A DNA stretch of 46,531 nucleotides, the filler included, from Catajapyx aquilonaris (taxonomy: Eukaryota), in assembly GCA_000934665.2 (NCBI GenBank). It is 2 parts of 2 records of this genome, joined end to end, with 100 filler letters (N's around TTAATTAATTAA, not from the genome) between each part and the next. Parts side by side here need not be neighbours in the genome. Positions count along the whole stretch, not along the records: positions 1 to 23,157 come from KZ539403.1; positions 23,258 to 46,531 come from KZ539404.1. The stretch is one strand, 5' to 3'. Shown piece by piece: positions 13,258-24,265 of this stretch. The notes under the pieces are model-generated. The model saw only the letters and a program-made list of their open reading frames with translations, was not told the DNA's origin and did not search any database. The translations under genes and the position numbers were made by a program. Every line of letters begins with the position of its first letter. The first letter of the stretch is position 1.

Positions 13258-13662
13258 CAGGGTGGTCCAGCTTCAAGTGTCGTTTTATAACGGCGATTAA
13301 TAGCAGTGATTTTGCGATGACGTAGCAGCGACGTGTAAAATGTCCCACTTCGGCGCCATCGAAAATATTAGCTGCCAATAGCAGCACACATGTAATCAAC
13401 CCTGCTGCTGGGTTGACCTGGAAAAAAGGAGGTGCACACATGACCTGCGATGCGCCTGGGTGAAATGGGTGACGTCCAAGGCACCAGATTGGCATTGGTG
13501 CCGCATGTGGTTGCACAGGGTTCATTACATGTGTGCTGCTATTGGCAGCTAATATTTTCGATGGCGCCGAAGTGGGCCATTTTACACGTGGCTGCTACGA
13601 TAATCGTAAAGCGCTTCTATAAATAGCCGTCATAAAACGACACTTGAAGTTGGACCACCCTA
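13258..13662. mobile_element. Palindromic Tc1/mariner-type MITE
   Basis: CAGGGTGGTCCAGCTTCAAGTGTCGTTTTAT arms of about 140 bp; TA flanks. Confidence 0.85.
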
Positions 13663-14002
13663 TATAGTTACTGTATTGGTTTGTCGCAACAGACATCCCA
13701 ATCCCATACACAAAACGAAGGTATTATATAATTGTCCATCTTTTCATGTAAATACAAAGAACAGCAGCAGTTTGTTCATGCAGTTACAATTCTGCATGTA
13801 TGGTTAGGATTGGGACGGGATTGGTATACCAATGAGAAGAAAATATGATTGTTCTGGTTTGTAGGGTATTCAAAACAATTAATCGAATTACGGACGTGTC
13901 GTTTATCTACAAGAGACAACAAGCTTTAACAGAAATATAAAAAAATAGTAATGTACTTAGTGCTCATTTGAAACAAGAAGTTGTACACATGTGTACGATG
14001 TA

Positions 14003-14185
14003 CTATCTGTTCCAATAACTTCTGGTCACTTCGTCCTGACTCTTTCGTTCATCCTGGGCTTGAAGCAACCCATTGCACATGCTCCTCATGGTCAAGACCG
14101 TCTGTGTGTGTACAACGGGTTGCTTCAAGTACAGGATAAACGAAAGAGTCAGGATGAAGTGGCCAAAAGTTATTGTAACAGATAG
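14003..14185. mobile_element. Palindromic MITE, TA TSD
   Basis: TIR CTATCTGTT(C/A)CAATAACTT; related fragments at ~22975-23035 and ~36680-36755. Confidence 0.8.
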
Positions 14186-14530
14186 TACAAGGCTAAGATG
14201 AATAATTGGAATTCCGTTGTTTTAAAAGTGACTGCTGGCTCAATCAAGCAAAAATCTAAAAACCCATAAGGCCTACCCCTTCATTTCATCTAGCTTGAAG
14301 TGCATCTCCTCCAGGGAAAACTGACCTAATAATAACATCAACTAAAAATGACCTTATACGCTATAATTATGCTTCATTGTCTTGTTGGAACATGTGTTAA
14401 GCTGGGATAACTGGTCCTGAGGTGGTAACGCTGACAACTGTGGTTGGGCGGCTGGCTTCATCCGGTGCTAGTGAAGAGGCGACTTATACTATAATAGGCA
14501 GAAAGTACAAAAAATTAAAGTGCCAATATT

Positions 14531-14864
14531 TTTTTACGTTACCCCGTGATAAGGCTGAGCCTTTTTAGGGGGGTGGAATACCACCATTTCACACAATTTT
14601 CCTATATTAACTTCATTCACCGGTGCAAGGAGTCAAGGATGTAGGGTATAGGGATAGGGATTTTTGGGGAGGGAACATTGGTGCATTGTCGGTAAAGGGG
14701 TCATGTGCTGTTCCCCAGGAGGTTAGGTTGCCAGACACCTCCTTGGTGCAGGTCAGAGACCCTCCTGACGCAGGTGAAAGGAAGGTTCCCCAGGCGGGGA
14801 TCGAACCTGGGGCCTTTCACTCAGCAAGCCGAGACGTTACCATCTCGGCCATCTACACCTCCCC
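14531..14864 (-). mobile_element. tRNA-derived SINE (family 2)
   Basis: A box TGGCCGAGATGG and B box GGTTCGATCCC, A-rich end, 15-bp TSD TAAAGT(G/A)CCAATATT; second copy at 34701-35043. Confidence 0.9.
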
Positions 14865-15126
14865 TAAAGTACCAATATTAAGCTTGGGTTCGTTACTGCA
14901 GTTACAATAATTCTAGACGTGTGGTTAGGATTGGGATAGGATTGGTAGCCAGTTAGAAATAATATTGTTCTGGTTTGGTTATACACTATTTTAAAAATAG
15001 CTACAAAAATCACCGGAACACATTCTATTGATGATAATAATAGCAATAAAAATTAGCCTCACCAGCACTTAAAAGACCAGTTTCTTGAGCTTGGGTTCCT
15101 CCATGCCAAGCTGTCATGCAACGAGT

Positions 15127-16257
15127 TCACTTCCGGGACTTATTCATATGCTGGCTGAAGTAGCTCAGTTCAAACTTGTGTGCAGGGTCAATCATCTTGA
15201 TGTAATTGCGTGGCAAACACAGCTTTGGATAAGTTTCAAAGAATGATTTGTAGCCTCCCTGCAATACGTATATCTCCGGGTAGTACAGGCGAGGATAGCG
15301 TTCCTGATTTTGTGCTCTGTCCTCAGTTCTGAGATAACGCATCAAGGATGGCGCCCTCTTAGAAGAGAACTCACAATAAAAAACAATCACTTGTGGTTTG
15401 TCATCTTCTTGGGCAGCCTCCTTCAGTAGTCTGTCACTAATCATTACCCTGGTGTAGTAGTTCTTGGCACCTCTGATGTGACCACCATCATATTCGTATG
15501 GGAACCTGCAGTCAACCACCTCATAGGAGGAAACAGCATGGCGATATTTCCCCTTTAGTAATTCAGCCACCACATCAAATGATAGGCACTTAAGATCCGG
15601 ATGCTGCTGACCGAAAACTAAATAGGGAAGTATATGAGGACGAGAGTAGTCTCCTATTAGGTCAGGTTTTTGGTATGACAGATGTAGGTTCTGCTGGACG
15701 GAGGGGCTTACACTTGGTCCTGCATCATTCGTTGCATGAGTAGAGTGAAGGGATCTTCGTTGTGCTTCAAGAAACCGTGAAAGACAAATAATATTGATAA
15801 ATAACTTATTCAACATTCTCATAATTAAATATGCTTGACTTTGGCGGTCTTACTTATCATCTGAGACTTCGAAGGCGAGATAGGTTTGAGGATGGGCTGC
15901 TTTAAGTTTGACTGTGAGGCCTCGTCTATACTGACAGATGTCTTAGTGGGGCTTGCATGAACGGACCTTGATCCTAGATGAAACCCTGGAAGACAAATAA
16001 TTGATAAATAACTGATTCAACATGCTCGTTATTAAATGTAGCCTACTCTACTTTGGTGGTGTCTTACTGTTAAACAGGGGACAGATGGACTCCTTGATAC
16101 GTGTCATTGTCCATGAGGCATCTACAGTGACCGATGGTTTACTCGCAGGAATAGAGATAGGCAGTCGTCCTAGGGCGGAAGAAATCTTGGGGCTGTTGGA
16201 GATGGACTCGGAGTCTCTCTCGCCTGAACTAGACCCAGGGATGATTTCCCTTGACAT
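15127..16257 (-). CDS. cdc25: Cdc25 (string/twine-like) M-phase inducer phosphatase, ~319 aa; exons 16257-16068, 15985-15854, 15764-15127
   Basis: Rhodanese-fold Cdc25 motifs LIGDYSRP, HPDLKCLS, VVDCRFPYEYDGGHIRGAKN, IVFYCEFSSKRAP (CX5R), YPRLYYPEIYVLQGGYKSFF. GTAAG donors and AG acceptors keep the frame (phase 1/1). An in-frame TGA lies just before gccATG. The two upstream exons are predicted by eye. Confidence 0.9.
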
Positions 16258-16520
16258 GGCTCAGATCAGCAGGTCCGTGTCTTCAAGTTAGACTCCGGAT
16301 TACAACCTCGCTCAAGTTGAGAGCCTTGTTGTGACTAATTCTAGTCAAAATAGGCTATCGTTGTCCTGTCTACCTGAATGATGGGACACAGTGAGTAAAG
16401 GACGGTGTAATTATATTGTTGCTGATATTATGCTACCTCTTATTATTGTTAATCACAGTGTTTACATGGAGATAGGTGGGAATGCTGTCTACACAACAAA
16501 GAGTTCTGCTATAATATATA

Positions 16521-16828
16521 CAGGGTGTTCATGAAAAACACAGACAAATCTATACCACCCCCGACCTAGGCACCAGAGGATCGCGTTATGTAGATGAGTG
16601 ATTATGCCTGGGCCGCCTCATTACCGCGAAAATTGCCTTCAAGCAGGTGGTATAAAACAACCTGGAAGTTAGGCCACCCATCGAACCCCCATCAGAAGGA
16701 GCGATTAGGCAAAAATCGCATCACCGTTCTGGAGCGGCTAGCATAATCGCTTTTGGCGTATTTTTATGCAGAACATTTTTGGTTACACATGGATTCCCTC
16801 TTGATACGGGTCCTACAGTAATTTCTAT

Positions 16829-16875
<47 letters not shown>

Positions 16876-17479
16876 TTGATCGGGAGAGATGGACAGGAAA
16901 AGAAATCATCGATAATGAGCCCATGTCCGGAAATGTCACGTGAGCAGTAGGGCCTCCACGAGGGTTGGGATCTTCCTAAGCTAGCGTGTGATAAGATAAC
17001 GGTCCGAGAAGATTCGCACCCTCTGCTACCGCTCCACACATTTCATCATCAAAATTTTGCGGGCTGAGATGAGAACGTCAGGTCCTGACGTTCTCATCTC
17101 AGCCCGCAAAATTTTTCGGTGTTATTGTTCCCAGTCACCCGGTATTTCCATTGTGGGTGAGTGGGTTTGTTGGTGATTTTGAACACCTTCTGTTAACAAT
17201 GTGATGTGTCTTGTCATTCACCAACATTTGACAGTTTAAAATAATTGAACTGTTTGTGTTGTTGTTGTTATTGTTATTTAAAATAGCTGCTAATTACAAA
17301 GCGCAATTGCACTTTTCACAGCCTTTTCAAAATCACGCTTAAGCTAAATCGCTAGAGCAGGTGGGTCAATCATCTCAGTAATGAGAGGTCTAGACATAAT
17401 GACTACTCTACATAAAATGACCCTCACGTTACCATTGGCCACTGGTATCAGTTTGTCGGTGTTTTTCATGAACACCCTG
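16521..17479. mobile_element. Tc1/mariner-type MITE related to family A, with internal insertion
   Basis: TIR CAGGGTGTTCATGAAAAACAC, TA TSD; shares agaaggagcgattaggcaaaaatcgc with family A; partial copy at ~22794. Confidence 0.85.
16826..17050 (-). mobile_element. (ATTT)n tract, probably the tail of a 5'-truncated non-LTR retroelement
   Basis: About 13 ATTT units (TAAA tail on the minus strand) abut unique sequence inside the MITE. Confidence 0.45.
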
Positions 17480-17561
17480 TATAGCGTCCGTCATCTTTAC
17501 TTGGGTCATATTGTTGCCTTCATGACATTTCACCTCGAGTGCTCTCTCTAGGTATTATATA

Positions 17562-17894
17562 CAGGGTGTTTCAACTTTTTTGTCCGAACAGTTATCGCAA
17601 AATTGTACGTAGCTGCTGCTTTGTAAGCAGTGACTTGCAAAACGGTGATTTTTTGGAGGAACGGGGAATATTCCCTACGAATCGTCGGTTGAAGTGGCAT
17701 ACATGCTGCCCGCTGAAAATTGAGGGTCAAACCTGGGAAGAAGAGGGTCACACATGCCATGGGATGTATGGCCCTCTTTTTCCCCCAATTCCCCATTCCT
17801 CCGACAAATCACCGATTGCAAGTCACTGCTTACATAGTAGCAGCTATGTGCAATTTTCCGATAACTGTTCGGACAAAAAAGTTGGAACACCCTG
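17562..17894. mobile_element. Palindromic Tc1/mariner-type MITE
   Basis: TIR CAGGGTGTT(T/C)CAACTTTTTTGTCCGAACAGTTATCG, ~90-bp arms, TA TSD. Confidence 0.9.
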
Positions 17895-18803
17895 TATATT
17901 ATAGCAGAACTCTTTGGCACACAAGTTTCCGCTGCAGGATGGCATAGATAGAGTAGGTCAGAGGTGCCATGTGTCAGAGTGTCAGAGTATCAGAGCAGGA
18001 GACTGTGGTCATAGGTGTGCTACGCTTCCAGTATGGGGAAAATTAAGCCATGAAGATCATGTGCGGCGTTGGCCTCGACCTAAGAAACGACAACAGTGGT
18101 GGATTGCGAAGACGGAGTTTAAACCACGGTTTAAACCAGGGTTCCGTTTACAGTGATGGGGTTTAAACCGCGGTCTGAGACCACATTCGAGGGTGGTTTA
18201 AACTGGGCTCAGACGGCAAAATGAAGTCGGATGGGCTCGATTACGACCGTGATCTTCGCCTTCTGCAGCAATTGAAGCGTCGACCGGCTCGCCGTAGCGT
18301 CGTGCACCTCAACGAGTGCTACAGGATGCGGATTTTGCATCGACCCTACGATGAACTATACTGTAGCCTACTATACAAACAATACAATACACTTCACTTT
18401 TTTATTCGAACGCGGCCGTATTTCGACTTACCTAGCTGATTTTGATCGTATTTTGGGGTTAATAGGCACGGAATACCTCTATATTAACATTGGGCTGCCT
18501 AACATTGTAGCCGGGAGCTGCACAAAAGGCTTGAAGTACACTCGGAACGACATCGGGCCGAAATCGGCATGGAAAAAGGTCAGGGGCAAAAGCGCCTATT
18601 TTAGCCGCGGGCAACTAATTCACTGAGTCGAAGGGGTCAATGCGCCCCCGACGTTCGAATTCAAGATGGCGGCTGTCTGCGGCAGCAGCCATGTTTGTTG
18701 AGTCACGTGACATTTGATTGAGTGATGCAGCTCCCCGCAACTTCATATCTAAAAAAGCTGGTCCGCTAACTCCAGATGTAGAGTCCGAATACCAGGATGT
18801 GGA

Positions 18804-19170
18804 GCCCTGTATCAAAATGCATTCGGGGGGACGTGTCTCTATGAAGCGATCTGAACCTACCTATATTTCCAACTCCTATCAGCCAACGTTTGCAGATCCA
18901 ACAATCAGCCACCCGAATGCGATTTGGACCAATCAATAATTAATGTCATAACAGCACATCTACCATTAATATTATACTTAATAATTCCCAATCAAAAAAA
19001 ATCATATATAGGCCTATACATAATAACCGATCGATAACAAAACACCACACCTGCATTCGGGTGGCTGGTGCGGTGGATCTGCAAACAGGGGCTGATTGGG
19101 AGTGACAATAATATATAAGTAGGCTCCGTAGGCTCAGAGACGTCCCCCCGAATGCGTTTTGATACAAGGC
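18804..19170. mobile_element. Palindromic MITE
   Basis: GCC(C/T)TGTATCAAAA(T/C)GCATTCGGGGGGACG inverted ends with ~115-bp degenerate arms. Confidence 0.75.
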
Positions 19171-19231
19171 AAGCGAGTTGCGGGGGGCTGGGGTGATGTG
19201 ACTTGCTCAATCACCAAATATGACCCTTTCT

Positions 19232-19571
19232 CCTGGGTGAGCGGGCTTGGAGGATATATGTCACCCCTCTCCTTAGTTGTTCGATCACCCCAGCATCCTT
19301 CAAGTAATGGATAACATGAACTTGAAACTTACTTTTTCTTTCTGATCCTTCAGCACCACGTTCTACACACCTCTCATCGTCCTCCTGCACTCAATATAAC
19401 TCCACCTCCTCAACAACAATCCCTACCCGCAAACCATAACAACTCCTAACAAGCAATAATGGCATTGTTGCCGAGCACTGGTGTATCACACTATTCAAAT
19501 GAAACCCCGAGATTTTGATATGAGGTGCACCAATTATGTTCACAATTCCATTCTGAATTGATATGCAAATT
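19232..19571 (+). repeat. Dispersed direct repeat, copy 1 (copy 2 at 21945-22319)
   Basis: Shared blocks ccttcagcaccacgttctacacacctctc, cctcctcaacaacaatcc, ttcaaatgaaacccc and gatatgcaaatt. Confidence 0.85.
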
Positions 19572-19993
19572 GAAATAATTAATTAGGCGCATTAAAATGA
19601 GTGGAAAATGTAAGTTATTTCGGATCCCCACTAGTTATACTCTTCTCCTTAGAATTAGTTGCATGACTTTTTGCAATTCAGTAAAGTGAAAATTATCGCC
19701 AATGTTGAATTTTCACCTTGAGATGACACGACGTCCTCAGAGCTTTCAAGAACACCTCAACAACTGACGATACTGTATGAAAATAAAATACAGGAACCGC
19801 AATTAATGGCAAATGTGAATTGAATTGAAATAATTACTGATAGTGCATTTGAATGGAGAATTGAATGGAATAGAAGCGAATGGGAGTAAAAATAACGTAT
19901 TCCCACTGAATTGAGGTACTTCATTTTAAAATGACTGGTTCCGATCCCAGCAAGCGACTTAAAAGGCGATCTTAGTTAGTGTAGGTCCATATA

Positions 19994-20263
19994 CAGGGTG
20001 TAATCCTAAGCGTGTCACCAGAAAAGGTGGCAGTAGAAGGTGCAGGTGTGAGCATTTTTGCATAAGTAACTAGGGGTCGGAAACGCATCTGCCACTCATC
20101 CGCCGCGTGCCGCACGCCTCTTGCACACTGCCTGCCGCAAACATGAAAGGGGCGTAACTCGGTGAGGGTGCGTTTCCGACCCCTAGTTCCTTATGCAAAA
20201 ATGCTCACACCTGCACCCTCTACCACCACCTTTTCTGGTGACATGCTTAGGATTAACACCCTG
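19994..20263. mobile_element. Tc1/mariner-type MITE
   Basis: TIR CAGGGTGT(T)AATCCTAAGC..., ~95-bp arms, TA TSD. Confidence 0.9.
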
Positions 20264-20282
20264 TATAGTCTCAAGTACTGTA

Positions 20283-21093
20283 TAGGTCGGGACCTAAGCG
20301 CAAAAAACAGGCCGAACTTTGCACTTTCTGATAAGAAGGTGCCACTTGGTACACATGTTCCCTAGACCTATAGGAGTCATTTCAGAGTTAGCGGTACCTG
20401 ATCGGCCCCTTAGGTCACGAGTAATACGGTGTTGCCAACTCTAGCTAAGCTAATAACCCCTAAGCGTTTTAACTTTGCACTTTGTGATAAGAAGGTGCCA
20501 CTTGGTACATACGTTCTCTAGGCCTTTAGAAATCATTTGAGAGTTGGTGGAACCGGAGTTATGGTATTGCCAAGAACACCAACCCATTAGACGTAAAACA
20601 TAGAAATGTCCTAAAAGTCGGATAAAACCGCATGAGAATGGCAGAAAATGACAGATCCACTCTGCCGATGTATTACAAGGTAATAAGGTGACACTACCTG
20701 CCCATAACGGACCCTGAGTATATAGCGAAAACCTGTCAATTGCGGAATTTTTTGGAAACTCGGGTAAATGCAGAGGGCATGAAATGTCCACCCCCCCCCC
20801 CTTTTTTTTTTGACCNTGACCCAAGGGACCTACCAGGTGTCGCCAACTCTCAAATGATTCCTAAGGGCCTAGAGAAAGTACTGTATGTACCAAGTGGCAC
20901 CTTCTTATCACAAAGTGGAGAGTTAAAACCCGTAGGTCCCGGACCAGGTTGGCAACAATGCATAACTTGTGCCCTAAGGGGCCGATCAGATGCCGCCATC
21001 TCTCAAATGGCTCATATAGGCCTAGGTAACATGCGTGCCAAGTGGCACCTTCTTATCACAAAGTGCAAAGTTAAAACGCTTAGGGCCGACCTA
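20283..21093. mobile_element. Academ-like non-autonomous fold-back element
   Basis: TAGGTCGG...CCGACCTA termini with 3-bp GTA TSD. Each long TIR has two internal repeats containing GATAAGAAGGTGCCACTTGG. A Tigger-like fragment lies in the middle. Confidence 0.7.
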
Positions 21094-21944
21094 GTACTAC
21101 AGCAGTACTGTACATGCAGCCATTGACGACATGGAGGTCCCATAGGGGACAAAACCATGCAGTACTGTACAGTACTATACTGTACATGCTGGAGTAATTC
21201 CTTCAGCAGCAGCAGTATATAGTGTAGAGACTTTGGAGGGTTCCCATTCCCACCGGCGTCATTCCACCTCAACTGACAAGTGAGTCAATTTTGACAAAAG
21301 TTGTGGCTAAACCCCCAGGGAATTTCTCGTAAAAAAAAAGTCAAGAAGTGATGTCAAAACGAAAGTTTCAGAATTTTTCTTGAATACCTACTGGGAAATG
21401 TGGGGGTTTAATCATCAGGTTGTCGCAGCGAATATTCTCGCGGAGTTTTAATATTATTGTCACAAGCACGTCGTCTTATGCTGTAGGCTATATCAAATTG
21501 TACAAGAAGAAATTAAGAATCTTATGATACCATTGTAGTTGAGGTGTCACATATAAACCATAAATAAACGCAGAAAAATATCAAAAGTGTGATAGAGCAA
21601 TATGATCTCCACATGAGAAAAGAGACGTTGTAGTTTTCAGTTTATCAGTCCTAGTTGATAATAATATTGGATCGACCATTTGTAATGCTCGAAAAATGCG
21701 AATTTTTTTCCTCGAAGATATTATCTCAAAATGCTGAAACATCGGATTTGACATAGACTCTTGAGTGTGTCGCCTCCCCAACGTCCGCGACCGCGTCACG
21801 ACCTCCTTAGACCTGCCACAGCGTAACTCCCGTATACTCCATCGGCTCAGACCGTCCTATTGTGACGGGACTATAATTATTGAAACGCCCAATAAAACCG
21901 GGATCGATGTCCAAGTTGAAACAGGGTGCAGATTACCCCTTGCC

Positions 21945-22319
21945 CCTGAGTGAGTGGGCTTGCAGGATGTCAACATCATTAGATCACCTCAACATCCCTC
22001 AAATAATATTGATAACTTGACTTACTGTACTTGTACTCTTATTTACCCCTGGTCCTTCAGCACCACGTTCTACACACCTCTCCTCATCCACATGCAGCAG
22101 TTATATTACTGCACCTCCTCAACAACAATCCCGACCCGCAAACCATAACAACTATCAACAAACAACAATAACATTGCTGCGCATTGTTGCCGATCACTGC
22201 CACAGTACATCACACTTATTCAAATGAAACCCCCTTGATTTGCCGGATTTGGATATGAGATGCACCATGCGCAAAAATAATATTCACAATTCTATTCGGA
22301 ATCAGTTGATATGCAAATT
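21945..22319 (+). repeat. Dispersed direct repeat, copy 2 of 19232-19571
   Basis: Same conserved blocks as copy 1, with indels. Confidence 0.85.
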
Positions 22320-22559
22320 AAGATGCCCTACTACCACAAACATTGATGAACACTGCTGAACTGGTCATCCAACAGATATTTAATGCCTCCCCAATACATA
22401 GGGTATGTGAATGTGTCGAGTACTCTACAGTTGTCTTGAGCCACTCTTGTCCATGGAGATGAGAACCAGAGCCCCATAGCCCCACTCCTGGGGTCCTGGC
22501 TGTAATAAACCATTCAGTGTAGGTTCAATCTCAATGTGATTGCAATATTCATACCACAG

Positions 22560-22752
22560 CACTGAAGCAAGTTAGTGTACTGCTAATCGGGAGGTCCTGA
22601 TGGATTCGAATCCCGGGGCCGGCAACCCTGATCGTGGTTTTCTGTGGTTTTCCACGGTCCCCCCAGGATAATTCCGGGGTTATTTCCATATAATAGGCTT
22701 CAGCCGCCTCCTTCCTTCCCTATCCTTGGCCCCATCCAACGGTGGTAATCCA
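22560..22752 (+). mobile_element. tRNA-derived SINE of the type common in hemimetabolous insects
   Basis: B-box-like GGATTCGAATCCC followed by GGTTTTCTGTGGTTTTCC...CCAGG...CCTTCCTTCCC body. Confidence 0.7.
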
Positions 22753-23157
22753 CCCCCCTAATGGAGCGCCTATTCTCCCAATAGGGTATATACAGGGTGT
22801 TCATGAAAAACACCGACAAACTTATACCAGTGGCCATCTTGCGTATAAGGTCATTTTTAGTTGATGTTATTATTAGTTCAGTTTTCCCTGGAGGAGATGC
22901 ACCTCAAGCTATACGCTATACGCAGTCACTTTTAAATCAACGGGATTCCAATTATTCATCTTAGCAATGCATAAAATCCTGACTCTTTCGTTCTGTGCTT
23001 GAAGCAACCCGTTGCACACACACACAGACGGGCTTCACCAGCCCACGGACAGTTATACTACGTTCTGGCGTTATCACCTGCCGAGGCGTTTTGCAGCGAT
23101 TTCTCACCTGAGATCGCCATGAGACATTTCGGAGCCTCGACAAGTGGCGACCCTACC

Positions 23158-23257
23158 NNNNNNNNNNNNNNNNNNNNNNNNNNNNNNNNNNNNNNNNNNN
23201 NTTAATTAATTAANNNNNNNNNNNNNNNNNNNNNNNNNNNNNNNNNNNNNNNNNNNN
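23158..23257. other. Artificial contig linker (N44-TTAATTAATTAA-N44)
   Basis: Exactly 100 bp and symmetric, with a 12-mer that puts stops in all six frames. Confidence 0.93.
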
Positions 23258-23371
23258 ACGTTAATACCTACCGATAGATGGTGGGGCAATGGCGAAGAGA
23301 GGGGTGGACAAAGCGACAAACACACACAAATCTGCTCACAGACAAAGTGAAGCTAAAAAAAGCGTGTATAT

Positions 23372-23492
23372 ATCTGGCGTTGAGGTGGCGAAAGTGTGGA
23401 AGTAGCGACTACTACCGCCATCTGGCGTTGAGGTGGCGAAAGTGTGGAAGTAGCGACTACTACCGCCATCTGGCGTTGAGGTGGCGAAAGTG
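23372..23492. repeat. 48-bp perfect tandem repeat, 2.5 copies
   Basis: ATCTGGCGTTGAGGTGGCGAAAGTGTGGAAGTAGCGACTACTACCGCC at 23372, 23420 and 23468 (partial). It lies between two GTGAAGCTAA..AAAGCGTGTA (Helentron-like end) motifs. Confidence 0.9.
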
Positions 23493-23679
23493 ACCCCTAA
23501 TGTGAATACTAACCGTTAGATGGTGTGGGAAGGCGAACCCCCCCGAAAGATAGGATTGAAGGAGCGATGTGACAACTAAAGCGAACGCGCTACAGGTGCA
23601 GACAGACATCACTCTCAGTGAAGCTAATATAAAGCGTGTAAAAAACGATCAAGGTCCACCCTGAGGTGAAACTGACAAT

Positions 23680-24265
23680 AAGGGAAGTGTAAGTGTTGTC
23701 CGTGGAGTTGCTGAATGAAACTTGGAACAATAATATAGGCAGTTACGTTATTAACGAAGATGCAAACGATTTAGGCGAATGCCCACAAGGTCAAAAGTTA
23801 TGCCCTGAACTCACAAGGGCCACTTTCCAAGGTCTCACCGATTTTATTGAAATTCGGTACATTGGTAGGCCACCCCAAGGGATGAAAAACGCACGTAAAG
23901 TGACCTTCTCAAAATGACCTGGTGACCCCTTTTTGGGGGGCAGAGGTAAAGTCTTAAATGCTGAAAACTCACCCATTTTCTTGAAATTCGGTGCATTGGT
24001 AGCCCCCAAAAAGGAGTCACCGGGTCATTTTGAGCAGGTCACTTTAGGTGCTTTTTTCATCCCTTGGGGTGGCCTACCAATGTACCGAATTTCAAGAAAA
24101 TTTGTGAGACCTTGTAACGTGTCCCTTGTGAGTTCGAGAGGTCATAACTTTTGACCTCGTGGGTATTCGCCTAAATTGTTTGCATTTTCTTTAATAACTT
24201 ACCTGCCTATATTATTGTGCCAAGTTTCATTCAGCAACTCCACGGACAACACTTACACTTCTCTT
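23680..24265. repeat. Long inverted repeat (~260-bp arms) of a TE family also seen at ~39225-39340 and ~44805
   Basis: aagtgtaagtgttgtccgtggagttgctgaatgaaacttgg is mirrored at ~24220-24260; contains the ccgatttt..tgaaattcggt motif. Confidence 0.85.

Noticed and set aside
14780..14864. tRNA gene (also ~34960-35043)
   Set aside because: A/B boxes are the head of a SINE with a shared body and TSDs; no convincing cloverleaf.
15765..15822. ORF-track start MRMLNKLF... as the Cdc25 N-terminus
   Set aside because: It lies in sequence homologous to the upstream intron and is better explained as intron read-through.
23372..23492. CRISPR-like repeat-spacer pattern
   Set aside because: The spacers are identical, so this is a plain 48-bp tandem repeat in eukaryotic DNA with no cas genes.
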